Assembly: GCA_965649765.1 (NCBI GenBank)
Contig: OZ287758.1
Location: forward strand, 36,704,001 to 36,768,000
DNA from: Bispira polyomma
Taxonomy: Eukaryota
Direction of reading: 5' to 3'
Length of the DNA: 64,000 nucleotides
Position 1 is the stretch's first letter. Each line of letters opens with the position of its first letter. Of the stretch, positions 40,165 through 53,654 are shown piece by piece. A model generated the notes under the pieces. That model saw only the letters and a list, made by a program, of their open reading frames with translations, did no database searches and was not told the origin of the DNA. Both the position numbers and the translations under genes were made by a program.

Positions 40165-41245
40165 TCTTGTGAAAGAAATAATTGATAATTGTTAAATTCT
40201 TTTAAGTGCTATTGTATAAATTCTGTTCCTCTTGTCCATACATATAGATAGTCTATACATAGCAATTTTAATTGCTTATATTTGTTTTGATTTCATATCT
40301 GCTCACTTTAGTGCTCACATCGTTACAAGTAAAATTAGGCTCATGCTGGTGCATTATAATAGTTGTTGGTCGTAACTCGAGAATAGTTGTCAATTAAAAT
40401 GCAAAGATCATGGTAAGGTTTCATCAGTGTCAAAATTTCCGAGGGGTTGCTAGTACAAGTTTAACTGTCTGTTAAAGAAGAGGCAAGTTTCCATGATTAA
40501 TTTTTTTTTATTTCTGTGTGACAACAATGGCATGGTGAGTAACATACTCACTTCAGTACATAGAAGCTAGATATATCCCAGCCTTAGCCAACCAGGTACA
40601 GGTAGATTAATAATGGGTCAAATGATCACTTTAATGGCTCCTATTCCCAAGTGGCAGGCTAACGATTGTTGAGACATTGATAAATGTTTTTTCCTAAAGC
40701 TCTGACTTCAGGGATATGACAGTTACTGATGATGACAGTTACTGATGCTGATTGACTGTACTCACACAGTCAAAAAAAGTTATCAAGAGCTTTGAATACC
40801 CAAAAAGGATAGAAACATATATATTTGAATATAAATACTGGTTGTTGGCGATAATGGATATCATGACACTAGTAACATATTATAATTGGATTATAAGACT
40901 TTTAAAACTTTAATTATTGACACAAATAAGTAACTCAAGCACAGCAACAAAATTATATAGAATTAACTATTCGTCGAGGCTTATAATATGGCAAAACTCA
41001 TAGCATTGTAGCAACCCCCATTGATGTCTGTGATGGGAGATTTCTTAATGTACACAAAATGATGCTATTTGCTTTGCCTTACTACATACAACTGACACAG
41101 TGGTACTATAAGTCATTTTTTTCATTTCTGTAACTTATTCATAAACAGTTTCAACACATATGCATGCTAGAACTTAGACAATAACTACATTGATGAACCA
41201 ATACAAAGTCAGCAATATACTATGATTATGTTGAATTATTGACAA

Positions 41246-42397
41246 TTATTCTTGATCATTGTAATAATTAGGATACTGTTTTTTTAATATTGTCTGAAGA
41301 GGTCTGAGATAATATTCGTGGTGTTTACACTTCCGATGGCTGTAGAAATACGAAATACTATCCCGGAAACACTTGATGGTTTTTCCAATATTGTTCAAGT
41401 TTATTGTTAAGGAGCAGTTGTAGAGAGCATCGAAATGACCCTGACCAAACAGCATGGGTTGTGTGGCATGAATGATGGACACACCAAGTGGTTTGGCTTT
41501 GTCACAGTTGTATGTACCTCCTGGAAAACAATGCGATTCCATGGAAAACCTGTAGTTCCAGTTGCAGCCCACAGGTACGGCTTGGTATGGATACTTAGAG
41601 AAGTAGACATTGAGGACATCTTGGTCATCATACGGTTTAACTTCAAGAATATAGTCGTAGTGGTATTGCTCTTTGGCACACTGTACATATTTAGTTGCGA
41701 AATCCAGACTGGCCATCTGCTTGATCTTAACAAAGATGACTCCTGAGTTGAGGCCATACCTGCCATCATAGACAGTGAAATTTTTCTTCACATAGCGTAC
41801 GTCTGCCCTTGACATGCCCATGATCTGTTCATCATTGAAAGTGGCAAAGATGCCCCAGGCCCGACTCAGGTCATCCACCGGTAGGAGATCCAGATCGAGG
41901 TAGATGAACTTGTCTGTATGGTCCTTAATAATGGTCTTGTCGAAACTGCAGAACACGCAGGGCTTGATGCCCATACCACGTAGCCTACTCAGACTGGAAT
42001 TCCTGTATTCGAGCCACTCATCACAAATCATGGGCGCCTCCATCACCTTGATGCGTCTGCTAAACTCCTCCGGCCACTTCGCTATCCCCTTGTTGATATT
42101 CTCTAGTGAGTTGTCAGTGGTGAACACATACCAACGTATGTCAGACTTGGTCAGAAGCAGTATGGTCTTCATAATGTTCAGGGTGTGTTTGACATAGGGT
42201 AGACCGTACGTCACAGCAGCAATATGTAATGTCGGGGCTGTGCTCTGATCGATAAGCCTCCTAGAGTTGAATGGAAGTTGCAGTCCCTGGCTGTTAGTGT
42301 ACGCTTTGCTGTCCATTATGATTCAGTACAAGGCTCCCAGTGTGATGACAGAAAAGTCCACTACTGCACAGAAATACTTACTGTCTCTGGACGTCAT
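41246..42397 (-). CDS. GT8 glycosyltransferase, glucoside xylosyltransferase (GXYLT)-like; single coding exon; in-frame TGA at 42323-42325
   Basis: ORF 41246-42316 has FIYLDLD (DxD), FATFNDEQIMGM, GLNSGVI, DQDVLN.YF, CNWNYR...HC..G..NC..A...GVSIIH. The upstream in-frame ATG at 42397 (ACCATG, after acceptor TTTGTACAG) gives a hydrophobic anchor YFCAVVDFSVITLGALY*IIM. Confidence 0.85.
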
Positions 42398-43228
42398 GGT
42401 ATCTCTGTACAAATAGAGAGTTTAAAATCAATGACAGGGAAAAATTGGTACCATTTTAAGTTTCTAAAATGGATAGAGGACAGGGTAATTGCACCACAAA
42501 AATGCACATCTACGTAATGACATAGAGATTTTAACCTCAAACAGCCACGTTTGTCATTCCTGAGATGCTCTAGTAATGGGAATTGATTGAACTTAACTTT
42601 GCTCCTTCAAGTAAGTTACCAATTACAATAAACTTACAATTACAACAAACTGTCAAATTTACTGCATTTTAAACTGTCACTGTTGTGATATTATAATATT
42701 CACATAAAAGTATTAACTTTTTGAGAGAGTGTTACCTTCTTTTTTCTTCAGTTGTTTTTGTTTTTTACAAAAGGGAAGAATGAGTTTAAAAGTAATAAAG
42801 ATTTTTTGATAATGGATATAGTTCAGCTTTTTGAGTTATAACAGTCAATCAACTGTAATCTGAATATGATCCAAAGTAACATGCACTCAATTAATTATAT
42901 GTTGGTTATCAACTTGTGAAATAATCATAACTATATATATTAATGCTCACCTATATATGACTGTAGTTAAATTTCCCTCTTAGAACAATACTCTGTTGAC
43001 ATTGTATTGTATTATTATCTTGTCCCACAAGAAAACATGTATACAACACCTCATTATAAAACAGCACCCGGCTTTCACTAAAAATCAAAAGATTCTATTG
43101 ATTTTTTGTTTTATTATTACAGACATAATTAACAGGTTCACATTATTTGGAAAAATAACAGATTTACTTTGTTCTTTAAAGGGCAAAATATGGTGAAATA
43201 GCAACTGAATGCAACATAAATCTATCTC

Positions 43229-43533
43229 TATATGGTTTAAGTTGACTAAAATCATTGATGAAAATGTAAAATGAATGCCTGGCCCTTTTTGTGTAAAAAC
43301 TAGAAAAATATCGAGTTAATCAATAAATGCAACCTATGCATTGTGCAATACCTTTCTGTTCACATGTATAATTATGAGGATGTCAGTGCTTAAAAACCTT
43401 ACAATAATGATTTTTCCATTGATTTGCAATTATATAAAGAATTTCTAAATGTAGTCAATTCAAGGAATTTGTTTATAAATTCATACACAAGGTATATTAC
43501 ACAAAATTACAAATGACAAATATAAACAAATTT
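43229..43533 (+). repeat. ~305-bp segment duplicated at 51782-52091
   Basis: TATGGTTTAA.TTGACTAAAATCATTGATG...ACAAAATTACAAATGACAAATATAAAC present at both loci. Confidence 0.85.
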
Positions 43534-43616
43534 ACAAAGCATTAAACTGAACACAAAAATTATGCAATAATTCTTTAAGCTCAACATTATTGAATTCAAA
43601 ACACTTGGTATCTTGG

Positions 43617-44406
43617 TGTTACGGTCACGGGAGCAAGCGCGGTAGCAATTACCGGTTGCTTTGAGGTTGTAACAGGAAAAGACAAAAAGTTTCACTTAAC
43701 AAATTTATTTAACAAATAAAATAACAATTACAGAATTACAGAATTACAGAGTTACAGTCAACTGAGATACCCTTAATAGTTCATACAATAATACAATAAT
43801 GAAACCAATCTGACCTGACCACAGTCCTGTCCACATAAATAACAATTAAACAAGTTTGTCCACTGTATCCAGCAATCTGTCTTGAAATCCGCTCAGTGTC
43901 CACACAATGCCTATATCCTGTTATCCGTTTGGTGTCCACAAACACAAAATGTATATATCCAGAGAGTCTGCACAACTAAGCTATCCAGTCCAGGATGCAA
44001 ACAATATCCAATATGCAGTAAATCCAATCTTTGGTAGATCCACAACTTTTATCTAGTTCACTCCAATGGGTTCACCACAAAATGTATATAATAAACAGTT
44101 TATATCCACAGGAGAAGAAATAAAATGTTTCACAGTATAGCAGTACAGTATAGCAGTTCATATAGCACCTCAACTCAATTAATTCTGGTCTATGGCCAGG
44201 TTGTCAACCCTTATATATACAACTGCTAGAGAAGGCTCTAGAATATGTAAGCAATCGCTAGATTATTCCAGAGATGAGATATACATATGAACACACAACA
44301 GAAACAAAATAGAAACAACTTCTAGAAGCTTAGGGGTTTCCCAAATCTATAAATAGATCACTCTAGCAGAGTGCTTTAACATACCACAATGTCCTTATAT
44401 GTAACA
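43617..44406 (-). repeat. 3' LTR (790 bp)
   Basis: TGTTAC...GTAACA; about 15 substitutions and 1 indel versus the other LTR (counted by eye). Confidence 0.95.
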
Positions 44407-44586
44407 CCTCCCCCCTTAAAGAAAATATTTTGGAAGCCAAGGGGTTACAAAATTTCATACTACACAAAACATAAGTGAATATACAGTGTACATATGTAAT
44501 AACATTCTATAGAACATTGTATTTTAAGTGACACAAATAATATCCATAAGTAAATATCTAAGTTTTACAAGTTTACTTTTCAGTTG

Positions 44587-47500
44587 TTAATATACAAAAT
44601 GACCTGAACTACAACTTCTTGATAGAGCATCAGCACAAATGTTATCCTTTCCTTTAACATGCTCTATTTGTAAACTGTATTCTTGCAAAACCAAACTCCA
44701 ATTCAATAAACGTCTGTTTTTGTTTTTCATTTTGTGCAAGAATACTAAAGGGTTGTGATCTGTGTACACAATAGTTGGTTTTGATGATGAAGAGATATAT
44801 ATATACATCAAAGTGTTTAATGGCTAAAATGAGGGCTAAACATTCCTTTTCTATTGTAGAATAATTCTTTTGATGTACATTAAATTTTTTTGAAAAATAA
44901 CAAAATGGGATGTTCAATATCTTCATCATCAGTCTGCAGTAAAACTGCACCTGCCCCAACATCACTGGCATCCACAGCTAGCCGAAATGGTCTACTGATG
45001 TCTGGAGCAGTTAGTACAGGCTCCGAACAGAGAACACTCTTTACTTTGTCAAATGCTTTTTGACATGCTTCAGACCAGTGATATTTTACATTTTTTTTAA
45101 AAGCTCAGTCCATGGAGCAGTGACATCTGAGAAATTTTTACAAAATTTTCTATAATAACCTGACATTCCCAGGAACCTCATTAAACTTTTCTTATTTCTA
45201 GGAATGGGATAGTCAATGATGCTTTCAACTTTTGTTTTAATTGGTGTCACAGCTCCATGACACACTACATGCCCTAAGTAAACAACCTTTGCTTTTACAA
45301 AGTCACTTTTCGATAGATTCACAGTAAGGTTGGCTTGCTTGAGCTGAAATAGAACTTGTTCAAGTCTTTTTAAATGTTCTTCCTAAGTATCACTAAAGAT
45401 GACAATATCATCCACATACACTTCAACCCCTTCTAAGTTCCTTAAACATATATTCATTAGTCTCTGAAATGTAGCTTGGGAATTTTTCATGCCAAATGGC
45501 ATTACCTTGTACTGATACAGACCATCGGGAGTTACAAATGCTGATATTTCTTTTGCCCGTTCAGTAAGAGGTACACACCAGTAACCTTTCAATAAGTCAC
45601 ATTTTGTGATATATTTGGCTTTACCAATCCGATCAATACAGTCTTCCATTCTTAGGATAGGAAATGAATCGGTTTTACTCAAAACATTAACCTTTCTATA
45701 GTCTGTGCAATACCTGATAGAACCATCAGGCTTTGGGACCAAAACACAAGGAGATGCCCAACTACTTTGACTTGGTTCAATTATATCTTTGTCCAACATG
45801 TATTGCACTTCTTGTCTTAATTTTTCAAGTTTGATTGGGTTTACACGATACGGGTGCTGTTTGACCGGAATGGCATTGCCAACATGAACATCATGCATGA
45901 GTACATTGGTCCTGTTAGGGGCATCAGGAAATACTCACTTATGCTTCAAGAGTAACTCACTAAGTGGGATCCTCTTATCTGGAGGTACATGATTCAGTTT
46001 GGTTTCCAAATCAGCAAGAATCTCTGAATTACTCAACCTGATTTTACATTTAACTTCAACATCAGGAGTGTCACCCCATGCTTCATGCTCCTGATTGTTG
46101 TCATTTACTACATTACAGTCAGTAGCCATGACAGGCCCTTTCAAAGTATGGTTTTACCATATTTACATGACACAGTTGGGTTGACTTCCTTCTGTCCGGG
46201 GTTTCAATGACATAATCCAGATCACCTACTCTCTTTAACACTTTGTATGGCCCATGATATCTGGCTTGTAACGTGTTCCCCTGGACAGGTAATAACACTA
46301 AAACCTTGTCTCCCGGTTTAAAAACACGGTTTTGCGACTTTCTATCATAAAGCCTTTTCATTTTTGATGGAGAATGTTTCAAATTTCGTTGCGCTAGCTC
46401 ACAAGCCTTTTTCAACCTACTCCTAAACTTTGAAACATAATCTAACAGGTTTAGGCTCTCAGAGTTCTCGGATAACCAATTTTCTTTCAACAACTTGAGA
46501 GGACCACGGACTGAATGACCAAACACTAACTCAAAGGGACTAAAGCCTAAAGACTCTTGCACTGATTCCCTAACTGCAAACAATAATAAGTTGATGCCTT
46601 CATCCCAATCTTTCTCATTGTCTAAGCAATATGTCCTAATCATATTTTTTAAAGTGGAATGGAACCTTTCAAGGGCACCTTGTGATTCTGGGTGATAAGC
46701 ACTAGATTTGATCTGTTTGGCACCTAACTGAAACACGACTTGCTGAAATAATCCTGACATAAAATTTGACACTTGATCTGACTGGATCTCCTTTGGTAAG
46801 CCAACTAAAGTAAAGAAATTGATTAAAGCTTTCGAAATTTTCGGGGCTGTTATGTTGGTCAAAGGTATCGCTTCAGGGAATCTGGTTGAGGCACACATAA
46901 TGGTTAAGAGATATTGGTTTCTGGATTTAGTCTTTGGTAAGGGGCCTACACAATCAATTATCACCTTGCTGAATGGTTCCTCAAATGCTGGAATGGGTTT
47001 TAGAGGAGCTACAGGAATCTTTTGGTTTGGTTTCCCTACAACTTGACAAATGTGACAAGTTTTACAAAATTCTGCCACACAGCGCCGGATTTGAGGCCGT
47101 AGAAATGCTTGGTTAATTTTCCATAGGTTTTATTGATGCCTAAATGGCCACCCATTGGAGACTCATGAGCTAACCTCAATACATAATTTTGGTACATTTT
47201 TGGTAATACAATCTGATGAAGTATTGACCAGTTCTCAGAGGTAGGGACACTTGGCGGCCTCCACTTTCGCATAAGCACACCATTTCTGATATAATAGCCT
47301 ACTGGGACCTTATCTAGCTCTACTGGTGGTAACACCAATTTGAATAGAGGGGCTAATTCAGGGTCATTTTCCTGCTCTACAATCAATTTTGATTTTGAGA
47401 GTGATACATCTGGATCATCAATTGCATCTTGTTTCTCAGAATCTCTCCTACCTTTAGGGTCAATATCACTATGATTTTGCACATCATGGTCACAGTTGTT

Positions 47501-49413
47501 TAAGAATGTATCTGATAAATCAACCAAGACATCTGTAGATTGTTTACAATCTTTTGGTTCTTCTTGGGCTTTTTTAGCCATAGCTCGAGTCACAGCACAG
47601 GAGGGAAAAATACCAGGAATAACCTCTTCTAATTTCTCAGTGCTAACTAAAGTGATCGGCTTAGAAGTAACCTTAGGATCAGCAACCACCTTGCCACCTG
47701 CCAAATCATTTCCCAACAGCAAAGACACCCCTTTAATGGGTAAAGTGGGCCTGGTACCCACCACAACAGAACCAGTAACTAAGTCTGATACTAACTTAAC
47801 CTTATGTAAGGGAATGTTTACACACCCTCCTTCAATACCTTGAGCAATAATACTCTCACCAGTAGATGTGCTTACACTCAATGGCAATACACCTTCTAAA
47901 AGTAGTGACTGAGTAGCCCCAGTGTCTCTTAGTATCCTAATGGGAACTTGACTGGAACTACTCTCTAAGGATACAAAACCCTCAGACACAAAAGGTTTGA
48001 ACTCATCCCTAATCTCAGACTTGTCTAAACCAATACTAGATTCTGCTCTATTGGGATTTGAACGCCAATTAGATTTGCTAGAAATAAAGGCATTAGGTGT
48101 TGCCTCCTTTTCTCTCCTTTTCTTTAAGAGCCAACAGTCAGACATAACATGCCCAGGTTTTTTACAGTAATGGCACACAGGAGCAAAGGACCTAGGTTTC
48201 CTATCCTTACTCATTGTCTGATTTGTTGTTTGAAACTTATCTGAACTCTTTTCTGGAGCTACAGTTTGTAATTTCTTTCCTACTTCAGGATAAAACTTCT
48301 TTGTGGGACCAGAGGATTTACTCTTGTTAAAAGTGGACTTGTGAGTCAGCGCATAATCAACAGCATAAGCTGCTGCTTTTTGCAAATTTTCTACTTTCTG
48401 TTCATCCTGATAGGTTTTAATGTCATCACGAACACCCCTTTTGAACTCCTCAATTAAAATGACTTGCCTAAGCTTTTCAAAGTCTGTACCAACTTCTCTA
48501 GAATTACACCATCTGTCAAAGTACACTTCTTTTTCATGGGAAAATTCAACATAAGTTTGATTTTCTTGCTTACGGTAATTTCTGAATTTTTGACGATATG
48601 CTTCTGGTACCAACTCGTATGCTTTCAAGGTAGCATTTTTCACACAGTCATAATCTCTACATTCAGAAATTGGCAAAGCTGTATATGCCTGATACTACCT
48701 TTGAAAACACTTTGCAGCAATAAAGGCGACTGGTTTGTGGGCCATTTCAAATTTTGAGCCACTCGTTCAAAGTGTTGAAAATATTTATCAACTTCGGACT
48801 CGCTGAAAGGTGGTACCAGTCGCATATTTTTACCCAAATCAAATTTGGTTGCCATGGACTCTTCATGGGCAATTCGGCGAGCATTGAGTTCCAAAGCCTT
48901 CATTTCCCTTTCATGTTTAAGCTCAAGCTCTTTTTCAAATTTTTGAGCTTCGAGCTCTTCTTTTCGCCTTTGAGCCTCAAGCTCTTCTTTTCGCCTTTGA
49001 GCCTCAAGCTCTTCCTTTTGCCTTTGAGCCTCAAACTCTTCCTTTCGCCTTTGAGCCTCAAGCTCTTCCTTTCGCCTTTGAGCCTCAAGCTCTTCCTTTC
49101 GCCTTTGAGCCTTAAGCTCTTCTTTTCACGCCTCAAGCTCTTTAAGTTTTAGCTCTCTTTCAATTTCTAATCGCCTGATCTCAAATTGCCCAGAAGGTTC
49201 CATTGGCAGAGGTTTATACACTTCTAAACAACTATCATGCAAAACGTCTTCATCAACTAACTGTTCAACAATAAGCCTTTTAAGTTCATGTTTACGTGTT
49301 GACCTTTTCACTTCTAACTGTAATTCCTGTGTTATCTGCATTAACATATCTTTTTTAAAAGTTTCTAGAACCTCAATAGATGATGACTGTACAAACTCTT
49401 TAGCACTAGCCAT
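44587..49413 (-). pseudogene. gag-pol of the Gmr1-type element (disrupted)
   Basis: Gag with CHYCKKPGHVMSDC; protease LRDTGATQSL; integrase zinc finger plus IIDCVGP/IQSDQ/ESQGALER and GPY module; RT YVDD; RNase H DAS/YTDHNPL/ADALSR. Confidence 0.9.
48950..49142 (-). repeat. 27-bp coding tandem repeat (~7 units, KEELEAQRR) in gag
   Basis: GCCTTTGAGCCTCAAGCTCTTCCTTTC period at 48966, 48993, 49020, 49047, 49074 and 49101. Confidence 0.9.
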
Positions 49414-49499
49414 TTTGAGCACTATTGACTGTAATATATTTTCAAACAAAATAAATGATTTTTCAAAAAGCTATAAAAATAATTAGATCAAACGGTTAG

Positions 49500-49520
49500 A
49501 TCCCGGACGACGAGCCCCCA
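49500..49520 (-). other. Primer binding site, tRNA-Pro type with a 3-nt duplication
   Basis: TGGGGGCTCGTCGTCCGGGAT versus the canonical tRNA-Pro PBS TGGGGGCTCGTCCGGGAT. Confidence 0.85.
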
Positions 49521-49527
49521 ATTTTCC

Positions 49528-50318
49528 TGTTACGGTAACGGGAGCAAGCGCGGTAGCAATTACCGGTTGCTTTGAGGTTGTAACAGGAAAAGACAAAAAG
49601 TTTCACTTAACAAATTTATTTAACAAATAAAATAATAATTACAGAATTACAGAATTACAGAGTTACAGTCAACTGAGATACCCTTAATAGTTCATACAAT
49701 AATACAATAATGAAACCAATCTGACCTGACCACAGTCCTATCCACATAAATAACAATTGAACAAGTTTATCCACTGTATCCAGCAATCTGTCTTGAAATC
49801 CGCTCAGTGTCTACACAATGCCTATATCCTGTTATCCGTTCGGTGTCCACAAACACAAAATGTATATATCCAGAGAGTCTGCACAACTAAGCTATCCAAT
49901 CCAGGATGCAAACAATATCCAATATGCAGTAAATCCAATCTCTGGTAGATCCACAACTTTTATCTAGTTCACTCCAATGGGTTCACCACAAAATGTATAT
50001 AATAAACAGTTTATATCCACAGGAGAAGAAATAAAATGTTTCACAGTATAGCAGTACAGTATAGCAGTTCATATAGCACCTTAACTCAATTAACTCTGGT
50101 CTGTGGCTAGGTTGTCAACCCTTATATATACAACTGCTAAAGAAGGCTCTAGAATATGTAAGCAATCGCTAGATCATTCCAGAGATGAGATATACATATG
50201 AACACACAACAGAAACAAAATAGAAACAACTTCTAGAAGCTTAGGGGTTTCCCCAAATCTATAAATAGATCACTCTAGCAGAGTGCTTTAACATACCACA
50301 ATGTCCTTATATGTAACA
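49528..50318 (-). repeat. 5' LTR (791 bp)
   Basis: Direct repeat of 43617-44406, adjacent to the PBS. Confidence 0.95.
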
Positions 50319-52310
50319 CTTGGCTATAAATTTTGGGTATAAACTTTATCTATTCTTATTCTAAACATAGTAACTTTTCCATAAACGTTACATCTAGTAC
50401 GGCCTAAGCCATCACTCATTACATTTATACTGTTGCTCAACTACCATGGGTGGTTAGCTGGACACAAGTTCTAACACAACTGTTTTCACTCTTACAGGCA
50501 CTAAATATAAATTTTGTTTAAGCACTTCAATAATTGAATGTTCACTGGTGAGTCATCACAGAGTAGAGAAAGATATCTACTATGTGTCAAAGTTTATCAA
50601 TTAAACAACCCTCTGATACTTTTACGCCAGGAAACATAAACCTTGACTGCATTGTATCTGAAATCCCAGAATACACTTTCTATTAACATAAATAAGAAAC
50701 ATATTGATACCATGTTCAACAGATTTCGTATTAGAACCAGGGCCATCAACATTACCTAAGTGAACCACTGTTTGTTGACTATTCATAACATGATTATAAT
50801 GAACTAACTCCAGACTTATTCTAATCTAACAATCTATACACCTTATAGTGGACCTCATATACTTTCAACGTCATCCAAAAATAAGAAATTTGGACATAGT
50901 GATATTGTGACATTGCATACTAAATTTGATTAAAAATTAAGCTTTGGTAGTCCGCTGTTGGTCACTTCTTCTGTCCATCAGCCCCCTTTGACCATTCACA
51001 GCATTTAAACCCCTAAGTTCTACATTTGTCCTCTGTGGGCACCAAATTGAATTTCAACACTGACCAGAGAACATCTGGTAAAAAGTTTAGTGTAAGAAAT
51101 TGAAAAGTTTACCTGTTTTTAAGAGTGTTTTATTTAACTATGATCTTACACGGGATCACCAACTTACTGTTTATTGTGTGAACGTTTTAACATGGAGAAA
51201 TCATTAAAGAAAACTTGTGCTAGATCTGAGAAGACACCCATGACCAGCACAAAAAAGTCCAGAAATCTTCAAAGAATTGAAAAGGGAGCACAGGGACAAC
51301 ACATTCGATCAGGTAATAGATACTGTCACAAGTAATCTTCAAGGCCAACCGTATAATGCCATGGTCACACAATACATTTTGCTTACAGTTTTCATTGCAA
51401 ATGTGAGGAAACGCAAGTAAACAAAGTCAATTTTTTTAATGTAAATGAGCGTGAGCCCAAAATTATGTCCAAGCCGCTTCTTTTACACTTTAGCCACGTT
51501 TAATCCGTTTTTTTCCCGTTTCTTCAGAATATTAACACACATAAAATGTGATTTTCAGTTGCCATTTTAATCACGCTTGTCACGCCCAGCACGTTATTTA
51601 TTATGTTTTGAAACGTTTAATACGTTTCAGTCACATATTACACGTTTCCCTTACGTTTTGATTCCGCCCACTACGCTTGGGATGCGTTTATTACGCTTCA
51701 GCCGCTTCACTCACGTGCCAAGTTCGCTTAGATTACACCTATTACATCCCTCACGCTTTCATTTCGTTCATTGCATTTCTCATATGGTTTAAATTGACTA
51801 AAATCATTGATGAAAATGTAAAATGAATGCCCCACCCCCTCCCTTTTTGTGTGAAAACTAGAAAAAATACCGAGTTAATCAATAATTGCAACCTATGCAT
51901 TGTGCATTACCTTTCTGTTCACATGTATAATTACTAGGAAGTCAATGCTTAAAAACCTTACAATAATGATTTTCCATTGATTTGCAATTAAATAAAGAAT
52001 TTCTAAATGTAGTCAATTCAAGGAATTTATTTATAAATCCATACACAAGGTATATTACACAAAATTACAAATGACAAATATAAACGAATTTTGTGTTCAT
52101 CATGTTGTGGTGGACAGAAAGATACCAGGGACCCAGTCAGTGATGGTAAGACCGTGTCAGGAGGAATAAGCTTTTTGATAGAGATAGATTTTGAGCTTGC
52201 TTCTGAAGATTGAAAGCGAAGGTGGGAGAGAGGGTGTGTGTGTGTGTGTTCATTTGAATTTGCATATTTTTGCATCCCCTGATTATGCCTCGTTTAGCCT
52301 AGTTTATGAA

Positions 52311-52607
52311 TTTTTTTTTAACTTTTTTTGAATTTTTTTAATTTCATTTTATTTTTTTTTTAAATTTGGATATTTAAAGTCTACTCTAGTACCTGTTTAG
52401 GTTATATTGGGACAGGTAGTTGGAAACGCTGGAGGAAACACTGCATATAGTTAATAAAGGTTCTACACTGAAACCAGCGGCCCACAGTAAGGAACTACCA
52501 CCTTTCCCACATAGGCATCGATGGGAGTCGAACTCACGCTGCCCAGAGGTGAGAGACCAGTGATTGTGAAGCACAATGCTTGCTAACCACAAGGCCACCG
52601 TGGCCCC
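52311..52607 (-). mobile_element. Full-length tRNA-derived SINE
   Basis: Same family as 21734; long T tract; TSD GCCTAGTTTATGAA / GCTTAGTTTTTGAA; absent from duplicate copy A at ~36680. Confidence 0.9.
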
Positions 52608-53089
52608 TGCTTAGTTTTTGAAGAGTATATGCCCAGTTTTGACCAGATCTCACTAGTTTATGACAAATTTATGACAAGACCAGCTCTAATCAGTTTATTA
52701 CACGTTCATGTAATGTTTGCTCCAGATTACACCAAATCACTCCAGGTCTAACCAGATCACACCACACAAGTTCTAAGCAGTTTAAGCCCTGTTTACACAA
52801 GTTCTGAGCAGTTAAAGCCCCGTTTGAGCCCCGACTGTACCCCTTTTTTTTGGTTCTCTCAAGATGTGCTTGCAGGAGCCGACCACCCAGAGAACTTTTG
52901 AACACGTTTATGCCCAGATGTGTAAGGCAGTGCCCTAGCATTGGCGCTCTCAGTTCTGGGGGACCAGTCTAGCGTGCCACGCTTCATTGATTGTGGATAG
53001 TATATAAGCAGCCCCCTTTAAATTCCCCGCCATAATAATAATAGCGTTCACAGAACAACAAGTTTTAAAGCGGACATATTGGAAATTCT

Positions 53090-53611
53090 TTGGAAACTCG
53101 ATTTTATGTCTGGAAATTTACATTGGTTTTAGACTTACGACGATTTGTCTTTAAACCAGTGGGTATGCGGTTTCACGAAATCCGTAAAATAATGCTCGAT
53201 AATATGGCCAACTTGATGGAAGATGCGGAGGACTTCTCTTGGGAATCTGCCAAAGCATGTCACGCCGTTGTGCTTACCCATATGGAGATGGACAAGGTGA
53301 AATGGTCAGATGTCGAAAAATTAGACAGGTTTTGGAAGGCACATGCCCAGCGACATATTGTTGTTACTGGTGCTACAAATGTCAATCGCAGTAGCAGTAA
53401 ATCGAATGTAGCAAGCAAACAGTCTACGGCTAACTGCAAATTTTTTCAGGATGGTTCATGCAAGTTTCCTAACAGCCACAAAACGGGTAATACCTATTTC
53501 AAACACATATGTGAAACTTGTGGGGAACTCATAGAACTAGTGCTTGTACTAGAAAAAATTAAAAAAACTGAGGGGCCACTGCAGTTCTGCAGTGGCCAAG
53601 GGGGAAATTAA
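53090..53611 (+). pseudogene. Ngaro gag-like ORF (C-terminal part)
   Basis: DFSWESAKACHAVVL..ME...W plus a CCCH/CCHC-like zinc finger. Confidence 0.7.
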
Positions 53612-53654
53612 GGTATTTACAAGAACTTTTCACAATTCAGAGTTCGCAGATGTC

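Larger units (their letters stand above)
43617..50318 (-). mobile_element. Full-length Gmr1-type Ty3/Gypsy LTR retrotransposon
   Basis: LTRs 43617-44406 and 49528-50318 (TG...CA), TSD CTTGG on both sides, PBS 49500-49520, PPT 44407-44420; order gag(CCHC)-PR-IN-RT-RH; several stops and frameshifts. Confidence 0.95.

Noticed and set aside
29423-42325. Alternative genetic code or programmed readthrough explaining the single stops in both enzyme genes
   Set aside because: The stops differ (TAG, TGA), each is one substitution from a plausible sense codon, and TAG also serves as the true BCO terminator.
48754-49152. Leu/Phe-rich 132-aa membrane protein on the + strand
   Set aside because: Antisense translation of the 27-bp gag repeat.
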